In this document: positions 8,811 to 18,583 of the stretch, piece by piece | Numbering within the stretch: the first letter of the stretch is position 1 | How the letters are laid out: each line of letters begins with the position of its first letter | Source: Prochlorococcus sp. AG-355-B18 | GTDB lineage: Bacteria; Cyanobacteriota; Cyanobacteriia; PCC-6307; Cyanobiaceae | Length of the DNA: 21,103 bases | Assembly: GCA_003280965.1 (NCBI GenBank) | Contig: QCDI01000015.1 | Span: 1-21,103 of the forward strand | Direction of reading: 5' to 3' | The notes under the pieces: model-generated | Seen by the model: the letters and a program-made list of their open reading frames with translations, nothing else | Database searches by the model: none | What the model was told of the DNA's origin: nothing | Program-made: the position numbers and the translations under genes

Positions 8811-9544
8811 ATAATACTATCTTAGAATTAAAAAATATATCTTATAAATACGAAAATAATCTGATCCTAAATAAAGTAAATTTAAAAATCAATTCAGGGG
8901 AGAAAGTTGCACTTTTAGGTAAAAGCGGTTCAGGGAAAACTACACTTATATCAGTGCTTAATGGCACTATCAAGCCAACTCAAGGTGAGGTTAAATTATT
9001 CAATAAAAGTTTCGAGGAATTAGATAGAAAGCAAAAAAGCAAAATAACTACTATTTGGCAAGATTTAAGATTAATAGATGATCTCTCAGCAGAACAAAAT
9101 GTTAATTGTGGACTACTAGCGGAAAAAAGTCTTTATTTCGCTTTTAAAAATTTGCTAAATATAAGTTCTTTTAAGAAGGCTCATAGATATATGCAATTAT
9201 GTAGACTTCATAAGTCTATTTACGACAAAAAAATCAGCAACCTATCTGGGGGCCAAAAACAAAGGGTTGCTATAGCTAGATCATTAATTCAAAGATCAAA
9301 TATATTACTTGCAGATGAGCCTTTTAATAATTTAGACCCCAAATTGATAACAACAATTAAAAACCTGCTGCTAGAAAATATTGATAAAAATAATATTAAA
9401 TCTCCAAAGGCAAAATTAGTTGCATTACATAGATTAGATTTGCTAAAAGATTTCGATAAAGTTATTGGAATAAGGGATGGTAAAATTCTTTTCAATATTA
9501 AAAAAACTAACTTGAAGAAGCTTCATTTAGACAAAATATATTAA
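8807..9544 (+). CDS. phnC: ABC transporter ATP-binding subunit
   Basis: Walker A GKSGSGKT, signature LSGGQKQR, Walker B LLADEP and H-loop ALH. ATGA overlap with phnD. Confidence 0.88.
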   Translation: MNNTILELKNISYKYENNLILNKVNLKINSGEKVALLGKSGSGKTTLISVLNGTIKPTQGEVKLFNKSFEELDRKQKSKITTIWQDLRLIDDLSAEQNVNCGLLAEKSLYFAFKNLLNISSFKKAHRYMQLCRLHKSIYDKKISNLSGGQKQRVAIARSLIQRSNILLADEPFNNLDPKLITTIKNLLLENIDKNNIKSPKAKLVALHRLDLLKDFDKVIGIRDGKILFNIKKTNLKKLHLDKIY

Positions 9545-9545
9545 C

Positions 9546-11051
9546 TTGTTGAATAAATTAAAACTAAACAATACCTCATTATCTTTTCTTCCAATTTTGG
9601 TTTGCATACCTCTAGGGTATCAATTAATAACCAACTTACATTTTGGAGGGTTTAAATTATTCCAAGAATTCTTAATTTCTGCATTTAATCCCAAGATAGA
9701 TAATGAAATTATAATTACGGTAATTAATCGAATAAATGAAACTATTTTAATTGGGTTTTTTAGTTGGTTAGTAAGTATTATTTTTGGAGCAATTTTTGGA
9801 ATATTATCCTCAAATATTTTTTATAAAATCTTTAATATTCCAATTTTTTTAAACCGCATAATGAGGTTTTTTCTAACAATAATTAGATCAATTCATGAAG
9901 TAGTTTGGGGAATACTTTTAATGCAAATATATGGCATAAATTATTCAATAGGATTAATAGCTATATGTATTCCTTATATTTCTGTTAATTCAAAAGTCTT
10001 TGCTGAACAATTAGAAACTATTGACTACAAAAGTTTTGAATCTATAAACCAAATAAATGCACCTAAATTTTCTTCTTTATTAACTTTAATATGGAATCCA
10101 ATAATCAATACATTTAAAAACTTTGGTTTATATCGATTAGAATGTTCAATAAGAAGTACTGTGATTTTAGGACTTTTTGGGATTGGAGGAATAGGTACAA
10201 GTATTTTTTTATCTTTTCAAACTTTGAATTTTAGAGAATTGTGGACATATTTGTGGTCCTTAGCAATTTTGATAATTCTTTCTAGATTAATATTCAAAAA
10301 AATAAATTTTAACAATACAAATAAAATCCTATCTATTTTTTTTATTGCAGTTTTTTTTACAACAATTTTACTTTCTTTTTCATATTGTCTTTATTTTGTT
10401 TTTAATAATAATTCTGAAAATTTTAATTCTGTTAGTACCCTATTTAAATCAAGCTCAGATTTGGGATTATTTGATTTCTTAAAACTTATATTGGAAACAA
10501 TAATTTTAAGTCTTTTCTCGACGGGAATCGCAATTAGTTTACCTCCTTTAGCAATAGGAATTTTTAACAATAATACTTCTAAGATTCTTATAAGAATTTT
10601 TGCATTTCTATTACGTTTAATACCTACACCTGTAATGCTTCTAACACTATTAACTTTTAATAATCCTTCTTTATCTTTAGCAGCTTTAACATTGGGTCTT
10701 CATAATGCTGGCATTACAAGCAAATTACTTTTTACAAATCTGGATAGCCAAGACAAGAGAAATTATATCGCAATGAAATCTTTAGGAATATCAAAAAAGA
10801 TAAGTTGGCTTTTGGGTTTATTTTCTCAACAATCAAAAAGTTATCTAGCATATTGCGCTTATAGATCTGACATTATTATCAGAGAAACTGCAATTGTTGG
10901 AGTTATTGGAAGTGTTGGTCTAGGTTGGCAATTGCAAGAATCACTAAGTTCATTCGCATGGCAAGAAGTTACCACAGTTTTGTTAGCTTATAGCTCAATC
11001 GCAATAATTGGTGAATTAATAAATGGTAAAATCAAAGATGGTTTGACTTGA
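9546..11051 (+). CDS. phnE: ABC transporter permease with two fused PhnE-type domains
   Basis: Very hydrophobic, 501 aa. Two copies of the PhnE C-terminal motif (RLECSIRSTVILGLFGIGGIG and RSDIIIRETAIVGVIGSVGLG). Starts 1 nt after phnC. Confidence 0.85.
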   Translation: MLNKLKLNNTSLSFLPILVCIPLGYQLITNLHFGGFKLFQEFLISAFNPKIDNEIIITVINRINETILIGFFSWLVSIIFGAIFGILSSNIFYKIFNIPIFLNRIMRFFLTIIRSIHEVVWGILLMQIYGINYSIGLIAICIPYISVNSKVFAEQLETIDYKSFESINQINAPKFSSLLTLIWNPIINTFKNFGLYRLECSIRSTVILGLFGIGGIGTSIFLSFQTLNFRELWTYLWSLAILIILSRLIFKKINFNNTNKILSIFFIAVFFTTILLSFSYCLYFVFNNNSENFNSVSTLFKSSSDLGLFDFLKLILETIILSLFSTGIAISLPPLAIGIFNNNTSKILIRIFAFLLRLIPTPVMLLTLLTFNNPSLSLAALTLGLHNAGITSKLLFTNLDSQDKRNYIAMKSLGISKKISWLLGLFSQQSKSYLAYCAYRSDIIIRETAIVGVIGSVGLGWQLQESLSSFAWQEVTTVLLAYSSIAIIGELINGKIKDGLT

Positions 11052-11100
11052 TTTATAAGAATATTCTGTTGAATCATATAATTATTTTTTCCTGTTTATA

Positions 11101-11745
11101 GTGATTAGTCTACCAAAACAGCTAGTTGTAATTGGAGATAGCTCAGTATATGGATGGGGGGATAATGAAGGTGGTGGATGGTGTGAGAGGCTTAGAAAAG
11201 ATTGGTTTAAGAGCCAAAATGGGCCAATTATTTATCAACTTGGAGTGAGAGGAGATGGGATAGAGAAGGTTTCATCTAGATGGGAGAAAGAGTGGTCCTC
11301 TAGAGGAGAAACAAGAAGAAATAAACCTAAAGCAATCATGCTAAATGTAGGTCTTAATGATACTGCAGCAATTGGTCAGAAAAACGGAAGGCATCAATTA
11401 GATATCGATGGTTTTGAATATGGATTAGAGAGATTAGTCAATGAAATGAGCTCTCAAACCAGTGTTTTTGTTCTTGGTTTAACACCGGTTGATGAGAACA
11501 AAATGCCGTTCGCTGGATGTCTATGGTACTCAAATGATTTTTGTAATTCTTATGAAAGGAGAATAGAGGAAGTATGCCTCAATCAGAATGTTCCATTTCT
11601 TCCTACATTTAGAGAAATGTACTCTGATCAAAGGAGCAAGAATTGGATTACGAATGATGGGATTCACCTAAATTCCAAAGGACATTTTTGGATTTTTCAA
11701 AGACTTAAGAGCTGGGAGATTCTTACAAAATGGAAGGAATCTTAA
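11101..11745 (+). CDS. SGNH/GDSL-family esterase/lipase
   Basis: Blocks IGDSS, LGVRGD, GLND and DGIH. Confidence 0.88.
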   Translation: MISLPKQLVVIGDSSVYGWGDNEGGGWCERLRKDWFKSQNGPIIYQLGVRGDGIEKVSSRWEKEWSSRGETRRNKPKAIMLNVGLNDTAAIGQKNGRHQLDIDGFEYGLERLVNEMSSQTSVFVLGLTPVDENKMPFAGCLWYSNDFCNSYERRIEEVCLNQNVPFLPTFREMYSDQRSKNWITNDGIHLNSKGHFWIFQRLKSWEILTKWKES

Positions 11746-11767
11746 GTCTTTCTGAATATTTTTAATT

Positions 11768-12505
11768 TTAAAAATACGAATATAAGATAAGAGCAAAGAT
11801 AGCAAAAACAGAAGCAATACTTGTCTGAATAGCATTTACCATTTCATTACTTAATTTATATTTATTTTGAAATGTAGCCCCAATAATGCTTTCAGAAAGT
11901 GTTGCTAAGAATCCCGAAAGTGCAACAATTATAAAATGGTATTTTGTAGAAATAATTGATAGACGCAACATTATAAAAGCCATAAATATTGATCCTAAGA
12001 CACTAGCTAATGTTCCTTCTAAACTTATTCCTCCTTCAGTGCCTCTCTCAACCTTCTTAAGTGAAGTAATTAAAAATGTATCTTTCCCAAATCTTTTTCC
12101 AATTTCGCTACCAAAAGTATCAGCCAACTTTGATGCAAAACTTGCAGCGAAACCAATTTTATAAAAAACTGCATTGGCTAAATTAAATTTAGTCATTATG
12201 GCAAAAAATAATCCTGTAGCTGCAGAGCCCCAGACATTTTCAGGACCTCTTCTCCCATCTCTTTTTTCAGCTATTCCTTTTTCTTTTTTGAATTTATAAC
12301 CAATTTTGGTTACCAGAGAGCCAAATAATAAATAAATTACAACTGTTAACCAACCCTGCCATGACAAACATCCCCACAAAATTGTGCCTAAAATCCCTGC
12401 ACTTACCCAACCACCTTTTGTCATCAAAGGAATCTTGCAGAAAATATAAATCAAAATAAAGTTAATGCAAAAACCTATAAAAAATTGATTTGTAATAAAA
12501 GTCAT
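11768..12505 (-). CDS. DUF92/TIGR00297 membrane protein (homologous to plant VTE6 phytyl-phosphate kinase)
   Basis: Motifs GRRGPENVWGS, KLADTFGSEIG and GTEGGISLEGT. Multiple transmembrane segments. Confidence 0.85.
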   Translation of the reverse strand: MTFITNQFFIGFCINFILIYIFCKIPLMTKGGWVSAGILGTILWGCLSWQGWLTVVIYLLFGSLVTKIGYKFKKEKGIAEKRDGRRGPENVWGSAATGLFFAIMTKFNLANAVFYKIGFAASFASKLADTFGSEIGKRFGKDTFLITSLKKVERGTEGGISLEGTLASVLGSIFMAFIMLRLSIISTKYHFIIVALSGFLATLSESIIGATFQNKYKLSNEMVNAIQTSIASVFAIFALILYSYF

Positions 12506-12511
12506 TTTTAT

Positions 12512-13282
12512 CTAATTCCTTAATTTCAAATCATTTCTCCATTGGTTTAAGATTGTTGATGCATTAATACAAGCTGTTGAAGTTCTTAAGATATTTTCAG
12601 AGAGTTTAACAAAGGTATGGTTGTTTTCATTAAAAAAATCAATTTCTCTTGAAGACCAACCTCCTTCAGGGCCTATTACATTCCAGAAAATACTTTCTTT
12701 ATTTACAAATTCTTGTTGTTTTTTTAACCATTGATTTAAGTCGTAAAAGGTATCTTCTCTTGTTACAGAAATTGAAACTCTTTCTTGATTATCCCTTCTT
12801 TTTAACCATTCAATAATATCCATACCATTTAAAATAAATGGTTTCCATAATCTCTCACTTTGCTCAACAGCTTCATTAATAATTGAATTCCATCTTAAAA
12901 ACTTTTTGCTAAAGTTTAAATTTTTTTTGACCTGTCTTTCTGAAAACAATGGTTGTATAAAATCAATTCCTATTTCAGTACACATTTTTAAAATATCCTC
13001 AAAACCACTTTTTGGTATAACTACAGCTATTCCCAATAAGTAAATTTCTTGTTGTTGAAATAAGTAAGGTTTTTGTGTTTCACTTATTTTTAAAGAATCA
13101 TTTTTAACTTTGATTGCTTTCCATAATGAACCCTCCCCATTAGCTATAAATATTTCTTCACCAGTTTTTATCCTCATTACTTTATTAATGTAATGAGCCT
13201 CATCGTTAGTTAGCTCTAAATTATTATTCTTAATATTTACAATTCTTTCATGGGAAATAATTAATCTTGTTAAGTCTTCCAT
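12512..13282 (-). CDS. rsmE: 16S rRNA m3U1498 methyltransferase
   Basis: Motifs HYINKVMR, CTEIG, EAVEQSER, IGPEGGWS and ILRTSTA (SPOUT fold). Confidence 0.93.
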   Translation of the reverse strand: MEDLTRLIISHERIVNIKNNNLELTNDEAHYINKVMRIKTGEEIFIANGEGSLWKAIKVKNDSLKISETQKPYLFQQQEIYLLGIAVVIPKSGFEDILKMCTEIGIDFIQPLFSERQVKKNLNFSKKFLRWNSIINEAVEQSERLWKPFILNGMDIIEWLKRRDNQERVSISVTREDTFYDLNQWLKKQQEFVNKESIFWNVIGPEGGWSSREIDFFNENNHTFVKLSENILRTSTACINASTILNQWRNDLKLRN

Positions 13283-13291
13283 ATAACACTC

Positions 13292-13735
13292 TTAATCTTT
13301 GAAAACCAAATCTTCATGTTCTTCAATAGCCCAATCATTATTTTCACCACCAATAATTAACTCTTCAATTTTCACATAATTATTTGATATCTCATTCAAA
13401 GAATTAATTAATATATCTATTGAAAGCGAATCTGAAGTACCAAAATCTACCCAACATCTTGCCCACAGATTTTGATATTCCATTATTCCTAAATTATGCA
13501 TTAGGGCTGGAAGAGATGAGTTTTTTTGGTCATTATCGTATGACATCCAACTTAGATCTGAACCCTCTTCATGAGTTTGTAAATTTTCAGAGTTAAAGCC
13601 CCCTAACCTTCCTAACACGTACCAACTATCAAAAACTCCATCTAAATAATTTTTTTCATCTTGAGTTGGTGATTCTGAAAACCTTATCCATATCCAACAG
13701 TTAAAAGGATCAACTTCTCTAAAAACAATATTCAT
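13292..13735 (-). CDS. DUF3531 family protein (CRR6-like)
   Basis: Motifs FREVDPFNCWIW, SWYVLGRLGGFNSENLQ, MHN and WARCWVDFGTSD, typical of the cyanobacterial/plastid CRR6 family. Confidence 0.8.
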   Translation of the reverse strand: MNIVFREVDPFNCWIWIRFSESPTQDEKNYLDGVFDSWYVLGRLGGFNSENLQTHEEGSDLSWMSYDNDQKNSSLPALMHNLGIMEYQNLWARCWVDFGTSDSLSIDILINSLNEISNNYVKIEELIIGGENNDWAIEEHEDLVFKD

Positions 13736-13818
13736 ATTGACTAATGGCTTTTTAGATATACAGCTATTATAAGTAAGTTATCAATAGATTAAAATTCATA
13801 CCTACAACTAAATTAATA

Positions 13819-14466
13819 ATGCTTGATTTAAAAGAAATATCTTATCAACCTCAAACTGGTGAAAGGAAAATAATAGATAATCTTAATTTAAAAGTTCATG
13901 AAAATGAAATCATTTTAATTTGCGGCAATAGTGGTTCTGGAAAAACAACCCTGCTAGAAATAATAAGCGGGTTAACAAATCCCCAAAAAGGAAAAATTTC
14001 TTGGAAAAATAAAATTTTATCTTCTAGGCAAAGGAGATGGTTTTGTGGAGTAGTATTCCAATTTCCAGAAAGATACTTTATAGGTACAACCATTGGAAAA
14101 GAATTAAAAATCGGCCATAAATCTTTAAGAGAAAAAAATATAGAAATAGTTTTAAATAAGGTCGGTCTGAAAAAATTAAATCTTGCCCAACCACCAGAAC
14201 AACTAAGTGGTGGTCAACAAAGGAGATTAGCAGTAGCAGTTCAGCTACTCAGAAACCCCTCAGTTCTTTTACTTGATGAACCAACAGCGGGATTAGACTG
14301 GACAATGAGAAATGATGTGAAGAATTTAATTCTTGATCTAAAAAATAAAAATACAATTATTATTGTTACTCACGAACCTTCCTTATTTGATGGCATTCCC
14401 TCTAGAATGCTAATCCTAGAAAAAGGGAAAATAAAAAATTTTATGAAAGAAAATCATGGAAGATAG
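13819..14466 (+). CDS. ABC ATPase, EcfA/CbiO-like
   Basis: Walker [10 protein letters not shown]-loop [25 protein letters not shown] and VTH. Confidence 0.88.
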   Translation: MLDLKEISYQPQTGERKIIDNLNLKVHENEIILICGNSGSGKTTLLEIISGLTNPQKGKISWKNKILSSRQRRWFCGVVFQFPERYFIGTTIGKELKIGHKSLREKNIEIVLNKVGLKKLNLAQPPEQLSGGQQRRLAVAVQLLRNPSVLLLDEPTAGLDWTMRNDVKNLILDLKNKNTIIIVTHEPSLFDGIPSRMLILEKGKIKNFMKENHGR

Positions 14467-15358
14467 GATAGTTCGGGCTACTGCAGCAAATGGAGGGATA
14501 AGATTAGTTGCAGTCTTAACCACAGAATCCACCTTAGAAGCAAAAAAAAGACACGGTCTTTCTTATTTAACCACTTGTATCTTAGGAAGAGCATTTAGTG
14601 CTTCACTCCTTTTAGCAAGTTCGATGAAGATAATGCACGGGAGAGTTACTTTAAGAGTTAGATCTGACGGACCTTTAAAGGGATTACTAGTTGATGCAGG
14701 TAGAGACGGAAAAGTTAGGGGCTATGTAGGGAATCCTGATTTAGAATTGGATCTTATCAATAAAGATAATAATAAATATTCTTTTGATTTCACAAAAGCA
14801 TTAGGTACAGGATATTTAAATGTAATTAGAGATACTGGAATTGGAGAGCCCTTTACAAGTACTGTTGAATTAGTAAATGGGAATATTGCCGAAGACTTAG
14901 CTTCATATTTATATCATTCAGAACAAACTCCTTCTGCTGTATTTATTGGAGAGAAAATTCAAAATAAAAGCGTTATTTGTAGTGGTGGATTATTAGCTCA
15001 AGTTTTACCAAAAAAAGACACTGACCCCTTATTAGTCTCGCTACTTGAAGAAAGATGTAAAGAAATCAATTCTTTCAGCAAGGAACTATTTAAGTCAAAA
15101 GATAATCTTCTTTCGTTAATAAGAAATATATTTCCCGATATTGACGATAAATCAATATCTGAAAAAGCTCGTTCCCAAGAAGTTAGTTTCAAATGTAAGT
15201 GTTCCAAACAAAGAAGTTTAAATGCAATGAAAATGCTCGATAAGAATGAGTTAGAAGATATCCTAAATAAAGAGGGTAAAGCGGAATTGGTTTGTGAGTT
15301 TTGTAAGAATAAATATTTTATAAATTATGAAGAAATTAAATCGTTAATAGAAGATTAG
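14456..15358 (+). CDS. hslO: Hsp33 redox-regulated chaperone
   Basis: Motifs DGPLKG and [10 protein letters not shown]. Zinc motif CKC...CEFC. Confidence 0.95.
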   Translation: MEDRIVRATAANGGIRLVAVLTTESTLEAKKRHGLSYLTTCILGRAFSASLLLASSMKIMHGRVTLRVRSDGPLKGLLVDAGRDGKVRGYVGNPDLELDLINKDNNKYSFDFTKALGTGYLNVIRDTGIGEPFTSTVELVNGNIAEDLASYLYHSEQTPSAVFIGEKIQNKSVICSGGLLAQVLPKKDTDPLLVSLLEERCKEINSFSKELFKSKDNLLSLIRNIFPDIDDKSISEKARSQEVSFKCKCSKQRSLNAMKMLDKNELEDILNKEGKAELVCEFCKNKYFINYEEIKSLIED

Positions 15359-16033
15359 TTATAAGAAAATTACTCCCAGCCATAAAATAAGCATAGCGGG
15401 AATACTTTGAATTTTTTGTATTGATAAAGAATTATTTGATATCTCTTGAATGAGAGAATTAGTTTCAAGTAATCCTCCGAATATTAATCCTATTGAAAGA
15501 AAGGTAACACTCCATCCTAGAGAACCTATAAATCTTTTACCTGATTTAATTTGAGTATAGGTAAGAATTAATGTTGAGATAGAGAGCAAAAGTCTATTAT
15601 TCGAATCAGGGCTAATAAATAGCAAAATTAAAAATAATATACCAACGGATATTTTTATTGAGAGGTTATCAAATGAGGGAGGTGTTATTATTGGGAGACT
15701 ATATTGACTTGAGTTATTAGAGTTATTACTAAAATTCTTTATCTTAGAAAGTAGTGGGAAATTATTGTTGGTAAATTGATTAATTTGTTTTTCTTTTTTT
15801 GAAGCACTTACTGCTTCATAACTTACGTTTCCAGATTGTCTTGCTTTCAAACTGCCCATAAGTAATTGATCGAAGGAGGATTCTATTTTTGCTTTTAAAA
15901 TTAAATCTTCACCAGCTTCTTTAACTTTAATATCTCTAGCCTTTTGAATATCCTCAAAAGCAGCGCCTTCTTTTACACCTAAAATTTCATAAGGTGATTT
16001 ACTACCATTGTTTTTACTACTGTTTGAATCCAA
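15359..16033 (-). CDS. CPP1-like (DUF3353) J-like membrane protein
   Basis: N-terminal SPYEILGV...AAFEDIQKAR J-like domain without HPD, KIESSFDQLLM, and C-terminal transmembrane helices. TTG start. Confidence 0.78.
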   Translation of the reverse strand: MDSNSSKNNGSKSPYEILGVKEGAAFEDIQKARDIKVKEAGEDLILKAKIESSFDQLLMGSLKARQSGNVSYEAVSASKKEKQINQFTNNNFPLLSKIKNFSNNSNNSSQYSLPIITPPSFDNLSIKISVGILFLILLFISPDSNNRLLLSISTLILTYTQIKSGKRFIGSLGWSVTFLSIGLIFGGLLETNSLIQEISNNSLSIQKIQSIPAMLILWLGVIFL

Positions 16034-16084
16034 GAGTTTTTACCAATACTAACAGATTAACCAATTCTATAATCCATTAAGGCT

Positions 16085-17722
16085 TTATAAAACAATTGGT
16101 TCGACTCCACTAACAACAGGAGCAACCTTGTTTAAATTTAATTGATTATTATCCTCAACAAATTGATTTAGATTCCACTCGTTTTTAAAAAGAATAACTG
16201 GCCTATTCCAACAATCTTTGACTATTTTACAATTAAAAACTCTTCCAAGTTTTTCAATAGCTGGCCATCCATCAGAGACCCATCTAGCCAATTGATATGG
16301 CATTGATTCTAGATTTGCATCTACACCATATTCACTTTTTAACCTGTGAGTTACTACTTCCAACTGTAATTGCCCAACAGCTGCGAGTATGGGATCTCTT
16401 TTACTCTCATCAAAATCATAAAGAATCTGAACAGCTCCTTCTTCACGAAGTTCATTAACACCCTTTCTAAAGTTTTTAAATGCTGAAGGATTTGGATTCC
16501 TTAACCAGCTGAATATTTCAGGACTAAAGGACGGTATCCCCTCATACTCTAAATGAGTTCCTGTGTAAAGAGTATCTCCAATAGAAAACATTCCTGGATT
16601 ATTTAAGCCAATAACATCTCCGGGATAAGCATCATCAACTACTTCTCTATCTTGGCCAAATATTTTTTGAGGTCTTGATAATCTAATTGTTTTCCCGGTT
16701 CTGGAATGTTTAACTGACATATCCTTTTCAAATTTTCCACTACAAACTCTTATAAAAGCAACCCTATCTCTATGCTTTGGATCCATGTTTGCTTGAAGCT
16801 TAAAAACAAATCCACTAAATTCACCACTTGCAGGTTCAATATCCCCCTTATTACTATTTCTTGGAGTTGGTTTTTGAGCCATCTTAAGAAAACTATCTAA
16901 AAAAGGTCTTACACCAAAATTAGTCATTGCAGATCCAAAGAAAACAGGAGTTAAAGAGCCATTAAAAACCTTTTCTTTTTCGAATTTCGATCCTGCCTCA
17001 TCAAGAACCTCCAATTCTTCAAGTGAGATCTCAAGCAACTCTCTCTCAACATATTTTGACAGCTCTTTATCTTCAAGACTTAATCTCTTCTCATTCGATT
17101 GCTTCCCTCTTACGGCTTTATCAAATAAAATAACCTCTCTTGAAAATCTATCAATAACACCCCTAAATTCCTCACCACTCCCAATTGGCCAGTTAATAGG
17201 TAAAGTACTTAACCCAAGTTCTGATTCAATTTCATCAAGTAAAGAAAATGGCTCTCTTCCTGGTCTATCCATTTTATTTATGAAAGTAAATATTGGTATT
17301 TTTCGCATTTTGCAGACTTCAAACAATTTTCTAGTTTGAGGTTCTAGTCCTTTAGCCGCGTCTTCCAACATAACTGCATTATCAGCAGCAGCTAATGTTC
17401 TATAAGTGTCTTCAGAGAAATCTTGGTGTCCAGGTGTATCTAATAGATTAATTACTGATCTTTCATATTCAAATTGCAATACAGTTGATGTAATTGAAAT
17501 ACCTCTTTGTTTCTCAAGCTCCATCCAATCTGACGTAGCTTTTCTCTGATTACCCCTAGCCTTTACTGCTCCTGCTTGTTGAATAGCACCACCATACAAA
17601 AGGAGCTTCTCTGTAAGAGTAGTTTTCCCAGCATCTGGATGTGAAATAATGGCAAAATTTCTTCTTTTATTTACCGCATCCAGAATATCTTTATTATTTA
17701 AAATTTCAGTATCTAAGCTCAT
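16085..17722 (-). CDS. prfC: Peptide chain release factor 3
   Basis: Motifs [45 protein letters not shown] and [14 protein letters not shown]. Confidence 0.97.
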   Translation of the reverse strand: MSLDTEILNNKDILDAVNKRRNFAIISHPDAGKTTLTEKLLLYGGAIQQAGAVKARGNQRKATSDWMELEKQRGISITSTVLQFEYERSVINLLDTPGHQDFSEDTYRTLAAADNAVMLEDAAKGLEPQTRKLFEVCKMRKIPIFTFINKMDRPGREPFSLLDEIESELGLSTLPINWPIGSGEEFRGVIDRFSREVILFDKAVRGKQSNEKRLSLEDKELSKYVERELLEISLEELEVLDEAGSKFEKEKVFNGSLTPVFFGSAMTNFGVRPFLDSFLKMAQKPTPRNSNKGDIEPASGEFSGFVFKLQANMDPKHRDRVAFIRVCSGKFEKDMSVKHSRTGKTIRLSRPQKIFGQDREVVDDAYPGDVIGLNNPGMFSIGDTLYTGTHLEYEGIPSFSPEIFSWLRNPNPSAFKNFRKGVNELREEGAVQILYDFDESKRDPILAAVGQLQLEVVTHRLKSEYGVDANLESMPYQLARWVSDGWPAIEKLGRVFNCKIVKDCWNRPVILFKNEWNLNQFVEDNNQLNLNKVAPVVSGVEPIVL

Positions 17723-17754
17723 TTATATAATAATAAGGTCCTTTCACTTAGTTC

Positions 17755-18450
17755 TTAAACATTACCATAGACTATTAAATATTTATCACCATCTTCAAAC
17801 ACTTCTAAAGAAGATAGATTATTCTTTAAAGTGAAATTTTTTAACTCTTTAAAAGTATAAGAAGCTTTTAAAGAGGCATAATAATCATTAGTCAAAGTCT
17901 CATTATAAATTTTTGAACATTGTGCTTTAAGTTCAAGAGCTGACTTTTCATCTAATGGTCTTTTTAAATCCTTGTGAAAATTGACAGTGCTATTACTAGA
18001 CAAACTTTTTATGGTGTTAAAGAAATCTTCGATGTAGGTAATGTGATGGATCAAACTGTTACTTACGAGTAAACTTATTTCTTTATTAAATAAAAAATTA
18101 TCTGATTTAATGTCCTTTATATCAGAACAAATGTAGCGTAAATTTTTTAATTTTTTTTGATTATTAGAAATATTTTTATTATATTCTGCTCTCAAAATCA
18201 TCTCTTTAGAACCATCTATTCCAATGACTTCGGTATTAGGCCATTTTATTGCTAACTTCTCAGAGATATTTCCTGGACCGCATCCTAAATCAACTATTAA
18301 ATCTTTTTCACCTAAAGAAATATTTTTTCTTAAAAGATAATGATCTATTTGATTAATTAGATTAACTTCCCCTTCTGAAAAATCAGCTTCGTCATAAGAA
18401 ATGACCTGCTTTTTTTCTTCCATTAATTCAGGTTCAGGGATTCTTTCCAT
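17755..18450 (-). CDS. Class I SAM-dependent methyltransferase, substrate unknown
   Basis: Motif I VDLGCGPG, motif II GIDGSKEM and SNSLIHH. N-terminal RIPEPELM. Confidence 0.88.
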   Translation of the reverse strand: MERIPEPELMEEKKQVISYDEADFSEGEVNLINQIDHYLLRKNISLGEKDLIVDLGCGPGNISEKLAIKWPNTEVIGIDGSKEMILRAEYNKNISNNQKKLKNLRYICSDIKDIKSDNFLFNKEISLLVSNSLIHHITYIEDFFNTIKSLSSNSTVNFHKDLKRPLDEKSALELKAQCSKIYNETLTNDYYASLKASYTFKELKNFTLKNNLSSLEVFEDGDKYLIVYGNV

Positions 18451-18496
18451 ATCCTTTCTTGAAGCGAAGATTTCATATTAAACATAATTCTACACA

Positions 18497-18543
18497 AACC
18501 GTTAAATAGTGGTAAGAATGGTTGCAGACGCCACAGGTAGAGT
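18497..18543. promoter_or_regulatory. Tandem NrdR-box-like sites (18497-18512 AACCGTTAAATAGTGG; 18528-18543 ACGCCACAGGTAGAGT)
   Basis: Each site matches the NrdR consensus acaCwAtATaTwGtgt at about 10 of 16 positions, including C4, A8, T11 and G13. They start 31 bp apart and lie directly upstream of a ribonucleotide reductase gene. Confidence 0.65.
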
Positions 18544-18583
18544 TATTCTTCCAGTACGGGTTATTTACATACTTTTTTTTATC

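Noticed and set aside
7110..9495. Short minus-strand ORFs 7110-7328 and 9289-9495
   Set aside because: Antisense shadows of aspC and phnC.
11886..15207. Short ORFs 11886-12164 (+), 13896-14093 (-) and 14998-15207 (-)
   Set aside because: Antisense shadows of the DUF92 gene, the ABC ATPase and hslO.
18451..18583. Possible cobalamin riboswitch, or a hydrophobic N-terminal extension of NrdJ from GTG 18509
   Set aside because: The region is short and I saw no B12-box or the expected paired stems. It is better explained as a promoter with NrdR-like boxes.
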